Assembly (NCBI GenBank): GCA_965645245.1 | Contig: OZ287088.1 | Coordinates: 744,001 to 808,000, forward strand | Direction: 5' to 3' | From: Massalongia carnosa | Taxonomy: Eukaryota | DNA: 64,000 nt | Shown here: positions 11,611 through 22,526 of the stretch, piece by piece | Position numbering within the stretch: position 1 is the first letter of the stretch | Layout: each line of letters opens with the position of its first letter | The notes under the pieces: model-generated | Told to the model about the DNA's origin: nothing | The model's database searches: none | Seen by the model: only the letters and a program-made list of their open reading frames with translations | Translations under genes and position numbers: made by a program

Positions 11611-12988
11611 CGAGGGAATAAACCTATGTTCGTGGCCAATACGCTCGTGTTAAGTGGCGTCCAAAGGATGAGGCATAACATCGAATCTCAGATCCATCAA
11701 CTGCCATATGCTTTTTATACGAATCTTTAAGTAAATTGATTTTCCGTAAAGAATTAACCGCAAGAACTAAAGTCAACATTTCCTAGATATCATCGTCAAG
11801 TAGAGTAGCATGCTATCAAGGTATTTCATTTACATGTTAAACCTAGTTTCTGATGAAGAACGGCATATGCGCGTTCTATCAAGATTAGTCTGCATATAAT
11901 GCATATAATGGCCAACGAATGTGCTGATGCATATCATATGGCTTTGCTTGGCTTTCGTCTTGCCCTTATCAAGGCTTTTCAGGGAACTGAATCAGGAAAG
12001 AGGAACACATTAAGCGTGAAGAAGCAAGCAGACTGCCTATGAATCGTTCTTTTATAAGTCGAAAATGCGCCTCACCGCGTAGCTTATCTTTGACGGATGG
12101 TAAATGATAGAATCGTAGGTCACATAAATCGTTCCGTAATTGAAATGCGAAAATGGGCGAAACCAAGCCTCTTAAAAACAACTACTACTCTCGTGTATGT
12201 TGTTCTTCATCGGCACTTGGGAAATATCGATTCTGCACATGTTTTAACACATGAGCTAGCTATATGAACATTTTCTACGTGCGTCGAGCTTTCAATGCTC
12301 GTTTTAAATGATTTGAACGTTAGGAGCATTTTTTACGTGTTTCAAGCTCTCTGACAGGCTGCAGCAACTTTTCGTAACATGATGCGCCAACTTCAAGCCC
12401 GCAACATTTCTCTTTTCTTCGACCTCTCTCTTCTCATCATCTCGATAATTGATTGCGCGCTGCTCTATCGCTTATCGTTCAAGCTTCATTATAATGCCAG
12501 GCGATGATGGTCAGCCTTCTCCGCCTTAGCCTCAATTAGAGTAGATGCGCATTGGAACCACCATGCTAAAACATTCGACGTCTTTGTCCAGGCTCCTGTT
12601 TCAGGCAGTCCCTAAGTCAAAGTTCCGCGTACTATGAGCGATACTTTCCACTGGAGATACCGAAACTTCCACCCGCGGAATCGTTACCTCAAGAGACCTT
12701 AAACCTCTGTAGGAAAGCAGTAGATGATCCCTAATCCCTCTTAGAAGAAGAGAAGCTTAAGAGGTTAAATTAGATTCCTGAAGTCAAGGTGGATATGAAA
12801 ATGTCGGAGAGTGTGTGAGATCTCCTGGCAAGAGCTTATCGCGATCTGTGGAAAGGTTCGAGGAGCTCGATGAAATTCGTATCATTGAGAGCGGGTGCAG
12901 GACGATCCCAATGACATACCGTAATCGTGCCAAGAAACTAGTAATCGAAGCGAGTCGCCTACTGGTGTCCGACACCTCAGGAACGATA

Positions 12989-14249
12989 CAGCCACGCCCT
13001 TGAAAAAACTGGTAACGTGTAAGCGAGCTTACCCCACTAAATTTTACCCCTTTTTATCAACATTTCACCTTTACATTGCGATAACCAGTCAATTGAAAGC
13101 TATTAACATCAAATTAATGACCAGTCATGGCCCCCTCAGCTGAGATGACGTCCTTTAGCCGTTGAGGCATTGATCGTACTCTCTCATTAATAAACTCCTG
13201 ACTGACTGTCGCCCAGCCCTCACAAATCAATGCTTTTAAGGTCGCTTCGTCCCAATGAGGGATACTTTTTAATATGCTGCTTTGTGGGCTGCCAGCTGTT
13301 TTCAATAGGAGCCAAATCAGGTGAAGAAGAGCAGTTGAAATAATGCTCTAAACGATGATCCTCCTTCCATTTCTTGACTGCATTTCTCGTCCTGCCTGTG
13401 CCATGCCCGGAATCCCCATCTTCTTCGAGCACAAAATCATCCCCTCGCTCTAGCCACGGCTTGACAACGGGCTCAAGTATTGAGTTAATGTATACTTGAT
13501 GCGTCATCTTGCCATTGCTGTTGCCCGGCACTTCGTAGAATATAATATCCGACTTGAAGTTGTAGCCTACAGCCGCCCAACAATGCAGTCTCTTTCGATC
13601 TTTCTCCGCTGGCGCATCACGATGTTGTATACAATCCCATCTATAGCGTGTGCCTGGCTGACGTATGATGCGTAATTTGCCCTCGGGCCCGTAGGAGAAA
13701 TGAACTTCGTCACTAAATCGTACTCGATACCAATCTTCTGGTTTAGGATATTTGGCCAGCATTATATGAGCGTATTCCACCCGTTTTTGCATAGGAGGGT
13801 CGGCCAGCCATCCTTTGACGCAGGCTAGACATTTCTCGTAATTCAATGCAGCACGTAGCACGTTATGCATTGTACGACCCACAACATCTGCTCTAACTTC
13901 CATCGCAACTTGTTCCCATGTTAAGCGTTTTCCTTCGAGTTGTAGCTCATCTTCCTGAAGCAGCCGATCAGCCTCTCGTACTTGCTCGCCTGTGATTTTT
14001 GATCGTCTTCCTCGCGTTTCTATAAGCTCTGTATGATGATGAGTACGTGTCGAAGCTCCTTCGCGAATAATTCTGTAGCCAGCTCGTTCCGAAACGCCAT
14101 ACTTCTTGAAAAGATTTCGTGGATCATGTACGATGCCTTCATCAAGAAGATATTCATGAATTCCTGGAAGTTTAGCTCGAATGGGAATATCGTAGTGAGT
14201 TGCACGTTGCTTACGAGGCATGTTGGTGTGGATTGTTGATGAAAATCGG
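12989..14249 (-). mobile_element. Tc1/mariner transposon A, 5' TIR lost
   Basis: TA followed by CAGCCACGCCC.. terminus at 12989. Transposase 14221>13114. Upstream end replaced by a LINE fragment. Confidence 0.85.
13114..14221 (-). pseudogene. Tc1-like DDE transposase (DD38E spacing), one C-terminal frameshift
   Basis: MPRKQRATHY.. HTH, VRFSDE, EEDGDSGH, SPDLAPIEN. C-terminus SMPQRLKDVISAEGAMTGH lies in another frame. Confidence 0.9.
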
Positions 14250-14523
14250 GGAATTTTAATGGCGGCATTTTCGGTATCTCGCGAGGCTTCTGACTCTTGT
14301 CTTTTGCCCATCTTGCTAGCATCCATATGCTCAACGGCGACTCGGTGGCTTTGCTTATCTCTTTGCGAAATGAGAGCGTTTTTGCTTTTTGGCTTATCTT
14401 TTGCTTCTTGTCGTTGGACTTCATATATGCCTTCCAGTCGTCTAAGTGGCGCGATGACGACCAGAAGCGGCGCAATTTGCGAGTCTCGCGGGTGGCGCGG
14501 TTGCATTCTTCGTTCCAAAAGGG
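14250..14523 (-). mobile_element. Tad1-like LINE ORF2 fragment (endonuclease-RT linker)
   Basis: PFWNEEC..WKAY..KAKTLSFR..IWMLARWAK..MPPLK. Confidence 0.8.
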
Positions 14524-14539
14524 TGTACGCATCGTGATA

Positions 14540-15392
14540 ATGATGATGATGATGATGATGATGATGATGTATTCATACTCCGATATGACACCGGCCGTAG
14601 GCCGGCCTATACGGGCAAAGCTATCTAAGTTATGTTACATGGAAAACCTTTCACAGGTGTAAAAACCATGTCCCTTGATACCCGTCGGATGTGACTACGT
14701 GTCGACGTCGGGCGGGAGACGCAGTGCAAAAGACGTGTGGGAACTGTAATGCCTCGTGAAAAGAGAAGAAAGAAAGAAAGGTTCAACTATTGTTGATTTT
14801 ACAATAATGTTGATGCTAGTGAGAATTGATTCAATAAGCCTGTTTTCATTAGCCAAGCAGTTAGTATATTCAGAGTTTTTGATAATTTGGTCAGCTGCTG
14901 ATAGTCGCTCGTGCCGGCGGCGCGAAATATCTGTTCTCTATTGTCAATAACTCTGCAGAACATGATTACATGTTCTGGAGTTTGTCTGTGCCAGCCACAT
15001 GAGCAGGCCGGTGAGGTGACGGAGGGCACCCGTCGCTTGTAGAGGAAGTCAGCTAACCCGATCTTGCTAGTACGGATTTGAGTTGTTAGAGCGCTTTCTG
15101 GCTTTTTTAGCTGCGTGTGTATTTTCAGCCGTTTTTTGCTCAGTGGGACTCATTGTGCTATGGAGGGTTCGATAACGCGATTTTGATATGCGCACCACGA
15201 GTCGTTCCAGACCTTCATTTGTCGTGCTTTGATTGTTTGCATCTGCTTGTGTCGGGCCTTTGCCGCAACGGTAGCTTCGCGGTGCCACACCGGGTAGACT
15301 TCGAACCATGGTTGGTATGCCTTTGGTTGTTGAACTATTTTTAAATCGATCAGTAGGCTTTTGGCCCAGATGTGTTTCAGCTCTCCCGGGGT
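14540..15392 (-). mobile_element. 5'-truncated Tad1-like LINE (family 1), (CAT)n tail
   Basis: TSD GGGTGTACGCATCGTGATA at 14521-14539 and 15393-15411. CSCG..QTPEHVIMFC zinc knuckle. Near-identical to 15765-16610. Confidence 0.92.
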
Positions 15393-15764
15393 GGGTGTAC
15401 GCATCGTGATATTTAATACGAATAAATAATTAATATAACGTCGTGTAACGATTTGAATTTTTATTAGGAAAACTTAATTCCTTTGTAACGAATCCTATGA
15501 TTTTTGATATGCGGGATAGGTTTTTGAATCGAAAATTCGATTACAAATGGCTTTTTTCACTCGAAAACTCAACCCGTTACGCGGCGTAATCGATATCATG
15601 TTAATTAACGATTTTTCGAACGATTTTCAAACAAATAATTTATCTTTAAAAACTTTGAAATCGATCTTTCAGTAATTAAATGATATTTTATAAGAACTGA
15701 TAAAAATTTAAATCCGTTCATTTAACAGTTGGGTTGCTAAAGTTATACTAAATTAAATGAGTTA

Positions 15765-18219
15765 ATGATGATAATGATGATGTATTCATACTCTGATATG
15801 ATACCGGCCGTAGGCCGGCCCATGCGGGCAAAGCTATCTAAGTTATGTTACATGGAAAACCTTTCACAGGTGTAAAAACCATATCCCTTGATACCCGTCG
15901 GATGTGACTACGTGTCGACGTCGGGCGGGAGACGCAGTGCAAAAGACGTGTGGGAACTGTAATGCCTCGTGAAAAGAGAAGAAAGAAAGAAAGGTTCAAC
16001 TATTGTTGATTTTACAATAATGTTGATGCTAGTGAGAATTGATTCAATAAGCCTGTTTTCATTAGCCAAGCAGTTAGTATATTCAAAGTTTTTGATAATT
16101 TGGTCAGCTGCTGATAGTCGCTCGTGCCGGCGGCGCGAAATATCTGTTCTCTATTGTCAATAAGTCTGCAGAACATGATTACATGTTCTGGAGTTTGTCT
16201 GTGCCAGCCACATGAGCAGGCCGGTGAGGTGACGGAGGGCACCCGTCGCTTGTAGAGGAAGTCAGCTAACCCGATTTTGCCAGTGCGGATTTGAGTTGTT
16301 AGAGCGCTTTCTGCCTTTTTTAGCTACGTGTGTATTTTCAGCCGTTTTTTGCTCAGTAGGACTGATTGTGCTATGGAGGGTTCGATGACGCGATTTTGAT
16401 ATGCGCACCACGAGTCGTTCCAGACCTTCATTTGTCGTGCTTTGATTGTTTGCATCTGCTTGTGTCGGGCCGTTGCCGCAACGGTAGCTTCGCGGTGCCA
16501 CGCAGGGTAGACTTCGAACCATGGTGGGTGTGAATTTGGTGGTTGAACTATTTTTGAATCGATCAGTAGGCTTTTGGCCCAGATGTGTTTCAGCTCTCCC
16601 GAGGTGGGCTTTTGAAGTCGTTTGCGACCTGCCTTGCCTCGAAGTTTGTCAGCTATTTTGTTGCATGCGGAGGAGATGATCTTCAATTGGCCTCCGGCTC
16701 GGAGCCGGTACCTTGCCTGTGCTTGTAGCATGTCGAGATGCGTGTCTATGGGCGCAATAAATGTCTCTACTTCTAGTACTGAGATGGGAGTGGCTTTAAA
16801 GGCACCGGCTATGGTGCGAAGGCAATTGTTTTGCATGACGGAGAGCTTGCTCGTTGACGTTTTTGACTTTTTGACTTCATTGGGCATGTGCCATACGGTT
16901 GACCCATATGTCATGGCCGGACGCACCACGGCACTGTAAACCTGCCTTGCCTTGGCGAAGGTGGCACCCCAGGTTGATGTGGAAATTTTTGTCAATGCCA
17001 TAGATTGTTTGTGTAAGAACCACTATCCAGGGAAGACGAATAGTAGTCAGCTACCTAAGAGACTAAGCATGAAGAAGAGAAATCTATCTACAAGGAAGAA
17101 TGTGAAATCTACATGCCCCGTTTGCCCTTCTCGAAGTTTCCATCCGGCTCTAGAAGCTTATCTCCAAAGCTTCGGTCGGAAAGAGCCGTTGGATTTAGCG
17201 CTCCCACACCCGAGTCCTGACAGTTTGACCATTTTCTCTTGCGTTTTGCGAACGTGCGGTCCCCGTTTCAATTTGGTGTCGATTTGTAGGCCCAATACTC
17301 TGATGTCCGTTTTAGGTTCAATTTCGGTGCTAGCAATATTGATGGATGCAGTCATGTTGAATCTTTTGGGATTTCTGGACAAGTGTATGAGTTCGTATTC
17401 GTCGGAGCGAATACGGACCCGTGCCGGGAAGCCCACGTCTCACATTGTCTGTGTATTGCCTCTAGAGTTTTGCAGTTTTCCTCGGTGCTTTTTCCATATG
17501 CCAAAATGTTTGCGTCGTCTACGAATCCTATGGCACTTGTGTTTTTGCCTGGTCGATCACATATTTCCAATAGATCTGCAATGTAAAATAGGTAAAGAAT
17601 GGATAACAGGGGAGAGCCCTGCGGGATACCCGTTATTACCGCAAACCGCCCGGTGACTTTTCGATTTATTGCTAAAGTGGTGCTTCGATCGCTTAGAAAG
17701 CTGTTTAACCAGTCGGTGATCCATTTTGGAATTTTTATTTTCCGTAGATTGTGTGTTAGTCGTTGATGTGATACCGTATCGAACGCGCCGGCGACGTCTA
17801 TGCTTAGCAGTATGGCTACTTTGTCTTTTCCCTGTCCCCAAATCGTGCGAACCTGTTCAGTTAGCAGTTCCAGTGCTGACTCTGTGGATCTGCCCTTCCT
17901 TGCTCCCATCTGTGTATCGGGTAGGAGCCGGTGTTTTTCCGCCAGATAGGTTATTTTCGATCCAATGATGGATTCTATAACTTTACTGAGCGTCTTGAGC
18001 AGTGCAATTGGTCGGTAGGCTTTCGGCGTAGTATAGTCTCCTTTGCCTATTTTTTTCAGCGCTATTGGGTTTGCCATTTTGAAGGCCCGCGGGTGGTACG
18101 AGTGTGTGACGCACGCCTGAAACAGAGGTGTTAGTAGTTTGACAAGTATTTCGCTACATGCTTTGAGTATTCTGTTAGATATGCCGTCTGGGCCCGGTGC
18201 CTTATCGGACTTGAGCCGA
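15765..18219 (-). mobile_element. 5'-truncated Tad1-like LINE (family 1) with RT
   Basis: KAPGPDG, YRPIALL, DVAGAFD, GIPQGSP, FVDD, C-terminal CCHC, (CAT)n tail. Imperfect TSD AAATRAGTTAAT at ~15755 and ~18220. Confidence 0.92.
17012..17222. mobile_element. Solo LTR (211 bp) inside LINE
   Basis: TGTAAGAAC...GTCCTGACA, TSD GTTTG. Confidence 0.9.
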
Positions 18220-18665
18220 AAATAAGTTAATAATAATAATAAAAGAGAAAAAAATGTAAGAAATCAAATATAACGAAGTTAACGGATTTTAATGCGGATA
18301 CTTACTAATTAAAGTATTGTAAATAAGTTGAATATTATTATCGAATATAATTAATCGCGTCAAGAAACAGTAATCGAAACGATTCGTCTACTAATATTCA
18401 ATATCCCAATAAAGCATTTTTCTCATTTTATCCATCTTTTTTATTACGTAATCACTTTATCATATCATGTCTAGTTTATCTTTCAGTGAGAAGAATTGAA
18501 TTCTTAAATTTAATGAGGCGTAAGACACGACCAGTTTTTGAAGTATGCACGTAATTACTTTGAAGTACGACGTAAATACTAGTTCTTTATAGAGAAGACT
18601 TAATGAAGATAATTCAAAAATCAATCTTTTATTCTCAATAAAGTTTTGTTTGATGAACAAGACTT

Positions 18666-20782
18666 TGCTAGATAGATAGATATATTCTTACGCCGATATG
18701 TCACCGGCCGAAGGCCGGCCTATGCGGGATAGACTACTATGCTACAGGGAAACCTTTAAGAGAAATAGAAACCCATTGCCAACGCTGCGCGTACGAGGTC
18801 CCAACGACCTCCAGCTGTGCTGCTCGTGTGCTTTTTCGATGAGTCCCTTGAATGAAAAGAAAATTATTGCTTGTATAGCAAGCTTGCCGATAAAGAGAAT
18901 TGCGCCAAAACGCCAGCTTCGATGATCCATCTCATTACCTGTTTCAATGTTTTAGATTTTTCGAGTATCGTACGATATTCGTTGGTATTTATACGCCAAA
19001 ACAGCTCTTGTCTTTTCGCCATTAATGGGCAGTGCATGCTTATGTGTTTGGCCGTTTGCTGGGGCCAACAACTGCTGCAGGCCGCCGTCGTCACGTTGGG
19101 AACTCGTCGTTTAAACAGAAAACTTGCCAGACCTGTTTTTTCCGTGCGAATTAGGGTAGCTAATGCGCTTTCCGCTTTTGCCAGATTGTCGTGTATTTTG
19201 ATTCTTCCTTTAGTTAAGGAAGCGCGCTGTGCTTCGGTGGGAAAGGGTACGCGATCTTGATATGCTTTCTAGTTTGTCTGCCATTTCGTTTTGTAATGCG
19301 CCTTTGTGGCTTTCGTGTGACCGCTGGGACTCATCCTTACTGCATTGGCTGTGAGCATGTGTTGCCCCGTAGGCGAGATCCAGGGTAGATGCGGCGTTGG
19401 GGCTACGGTGGGTATTGCGCTGATCACTCTGTTTTTGGCCCATTCGTGCTTGAGCATTCCTGGGGTCGGTTTCGGCGATCTTTTCTTGCCCGCTTTTCTG
19501 CGCAACTTGCGTTCTATCTCCTTGCAGAAAGAAGAGATGAGTCTCGTTTGCCCGGCGGTTCGTTGGCGATATCTCACTTTGACTTGTAATTCTTCCAAAT
19601 GCGATTCTATAGACGGCACGTGCGTTTCGGTTTCCAATACTGGAATCGGGGTGCCCGAAATGCACCCGTTATTGTTCGCAAGTACTTGTTTTGCATGACC
19701 GCCAGCTTGCTCGTCGCGGCTTTTTTGCTTTTCTCTATTTCTTTCGGTATGTGCCATACGGCGGATGCATAGATCATTGCCGGACAAACGACCGCAATAT
19801 AAACCTGTCTGGCCTTCGAGAACGAGGCTCTCCATGTGGACGCGGAGATCCTGGTCAGTGTACCCGATTGTTTCGTCATTTTTTCTTGAGTTTTCCGTAC
19901 ATGGGCTCCCCATCTCAGTTTGTTGTCGATTTGTAGACCCAGCACCCTGATATCCGGTTTGGGTTCGATCGTTTTTGTGCTTATCCTGATGGTGGCCGTC
20001 ATGTTGAATTTTTTCAGATTTCTGGACAGATGAATAAGCTCGTATTTGCTCGGGGCAAACACGGAGCCGTGGCGTAGGGACTATCTTTCGCATTCCTTGT
20101 GAATTCTTTCTAGCGTTCTGCAGTTTTTCTCGGTGCTTTTGCCGTATGCTAGAACGTTGACGTCGTCTACGAAGCCCAGTGAGCTTGTTTTCGTGCCTGG
20201 TCTTTGACATATTTCTAGCAGGTCTGCGTTGTAGAATAAATATAGAATCGGGGAAATAGGAGAGCCCTAGGGGATCCGTGTTCTCATATCGAATACGTCG
20301 GTGGTACGTCGTTGGATCGAAAGCGTTGTCCTTCTTTCGCTCAAGAAGCTCTCGGTCCAATCGGTAATCCATTTGGGAATCTTTCTCTTTCGCAGATTGT
20401 GTGTCAATCTTTGGTAAGATACGGTATCGAACGCTCCTGCTACGTCCATGCTGAGCAGTGTTGCCACCTTGTCGTTGCCCTGGCCCCAGACCGTGTGCAC
20501 CTGTTCCGTGAGAAGTTCCACTGCCGATTCGGTAGATCTTCCTCTACGAGCCCCCATCTGCATTTCGGGTAGCAGGTTGTTGCTCTCGGCCATATGGGTG
20601 ATTCCTTTTACAATTACTGCTTCTAGTACCTTGCCTATTGTGTTCAATAACGCTATCGGTCGATAGGCTTTCGGGATCGTGTAATCGTCTTTGCCCGGTT
20701 TTTTCAGCGTGATTGTGTTTGCGATTTTAAAGGCTCGTGGATGGTACGCGAGCGTTACGCAGGCCTGATATAGTGGGGTGAG
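18666..20782 (-). mobile_element. 5'-truncated Tad1-like LINE (family 2), (CTAT)n tail
   Basis: TSD GAACAAGACTT at 18655-18665 and 20783-20793. RT motifs YRPIALL, DVAGAFD, FVDD. Frameshifted. CSCW..HISMHC. Confidence 0.92.
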
Positions 20783-21238
20783 GAACAAGACTTAACTCTT
20801 TATAAATATATTAAAATTCTCGATCAAGTCGAATAATTTATTAGACTTTCAATGATTCGGGCGACAGCAAATTTTCTACTTCAAGAGATTCATTCAGACG
20901 TTTTATATCTTTTTCTCACGTTAACAATACCTGAATCAAACGTTTTCTGACTCGACATTTTCAATTCTTTAAACGCAAACAAAAATTATTAATCGTCGCG
21001 CGAAAACATGTGCATAACGTCGATGATATATTAAAATATTTCGAGAAATATCGAATTACTCGCGAGGCACTTAAAGTAACGAGTAAGGATATTTGAAAAA
21101 TAAGCGAGATAGAATTTTGAAAATGAATTTAAACGAGCTTATTAAGTTATTTCAACGTATTTTAAAAAGTCTTTACTGTTGACAAACTCGAACAATAAAA
21201 AATATATCTTCTCGTGTAAATATATTAATGCAGAAAAG

Positions 21239-21712
21239 TGTAACGAAGCTAGATGTCAGGACAGCTTTCTCTAAGACAGGAAGCAGTCGCATACTTCTGC
21301 AGGGGGTGCGCGGGAAGACACCTATGCGATAGTCTTAACCGGTTCAAGCATGTAATAGCAGTTAGTTTGACAAACGTGGCCTGATCAAGGTAGGGCTATA
21401 GGATAAACAGCCCTTCGCCCACCTCTTTCGGAGGGCCACTGATCAATCTATTGATTACACTCCACCTACTGCTGTTCCATAGCGACTCCTATTCTATTGT
21501 CCTACCACTACTGTAGAGCCATATAGTCACACTATTCGTACTTCGCCTCACACTAGATAGTAGATAGATTTCTACTATTGTGCCACCTGTCCTCCCGACC
21601 AAAAGGTACAATACTTAGTCCGCAGACCAAGCTCTATTCTATTATAACTGGGACGCCTGCTATGTTGGCTGTAGGTCCTGCCGTCCGCACCACGTATAGT
21701 CGAACCGTTATA
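21239..21712. mobile_element. Older solo LTR (contains a younger solo LTR)
   Basis: TGTAACG...CGTTATA (CA>TA). Flanks AAAAG/AAGAG. Confidence 0.75.
21254..21552. mobile_element. Solo LTR (299 bp)
   Basis: TGTCAGG...CCTCACA, TSD CTAGA. Confidence 0.88.
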
Positions 21713-21898
21713 AAGAGTATAATATTCATCTTATAATTATAATTGCTGATGCATGAGTAGTGAAGAAACGAATTCGACAAAATAATTTGAATAATGGTAC
21801 TCTTCTGATTATTAGTTTTATCGACTATTTTAATAACGATTTAGCTCTCTATAGATTGAATCATTTCGACAAATCCAATCGAAAGAGATAGATAAATA

Positions 21899-22102
21899 TG
21901 TTATGATCTACCTAGAGACAAGTCATAGGGACGCTAGAAAGGAATACAATCAAGATCAAGAAGTAAATAGACAATAGAAAACCAGAACCTGCTCCTATAT
22001 ATCCTCTACTGCGCTAGTACCCATATGGTATAGTCGTCATGAAATCTTCTAGTAGCTGCGGGAACGAAATCGAAAGTGCCTGCGTGTTCTATATTCGATT
22101 GC
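21899..22102. mobile_element. Probable LTR fragment, target of Gypsy A
   Basis: Begins TGTTATGA at a sharp composition change. The other end is not in the window. Confidence 0.45.
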
Positions 22103-22526
22103 TGTCAGGGGAGGGTTGGAGAGATACAAGACTCTATCTTGCAGAACGGATATCTAGATATGCTAAAACTAGAAGTAGAGAATAATACACAAGACGTCCG
22201 ATGAAGAGCTCTAAACACCTGGGAAACCACATAGACTTTATAGCCATGGCTTTCAACTCTCCTATTCTCGACTTGCCCCGTCTCTGTTCCTGTACTAATT
22301 TCCTTAACATGATTGCTTTGACCTATCCCGCCTTTATCTGTGCTGAAGCACTCTCAGTCATAAGCCTGGATAGTGGAGACGTTGAGATTGGATACGGATT
22401 GTAGGAGATTGATAGTGCGCTGAGGGCGGCAGAAGAACGCCTGAGCACGATGGATGACAGCAATGGGACCTGTTAAATACTAACCCGATCAGGACAAGCG
22501 GGAGGGTGCGAAGCGATTCCGTGACA
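22103..22526 (-). repeat. Gypsy A 3' LTR (424 bp)
   Basis: TGTCAGGG...CCGTGACA adjacent to the PPT. Confidence 0.85.

Larger units (their letters stand above)
18467..21898 (+). pseudogene. Ancient hypermutated pogo/Fot1 transposase, split by a LINE and nested solo LTRs
   Basis: After removing insertions it reads SSL*RRLNE..NKVLFDEQDLTLYKYIKILD..MIRATANFLL..*IKRFLTRHFQFFKRKQKLL..DI*KISEIEF..NSNNKKYIFSCKYINA..DYFNNDLALYRLNHFD. These are transition-mutated versions of Fot1 motifs (W..RFL.RHP, DIWN.DETGF, DPDNRE, GYSND). Confidence 0.8.

Noticed and set aside
12495..12986. Possible decayed gene truncated by Tc1-A
   Set aside because: Coding-like but has several stops and no identifiable family.
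13220..14518. 432-aa ORF suggesting an N-terminally extended transposase
   Set aside because: The first ~99 aa are an off-frame read of a fused LINE fragment and the 5' UTR; the real start is MPRKQR at 14221.
14297..14662. ORF with a poly-Met run
   Set aside because: It is the antisense of a LINE (CAT)n tail.
16952..17656. 234-aa plus-strand ORF
   Set aside because: Antisense of LINE RT running across a solo LTR; no independent coding signal.
19269..20372. 367-aa basic ORF
   Set aside because: Mostly an alternative frame of the frameshifted LINE ORF2.
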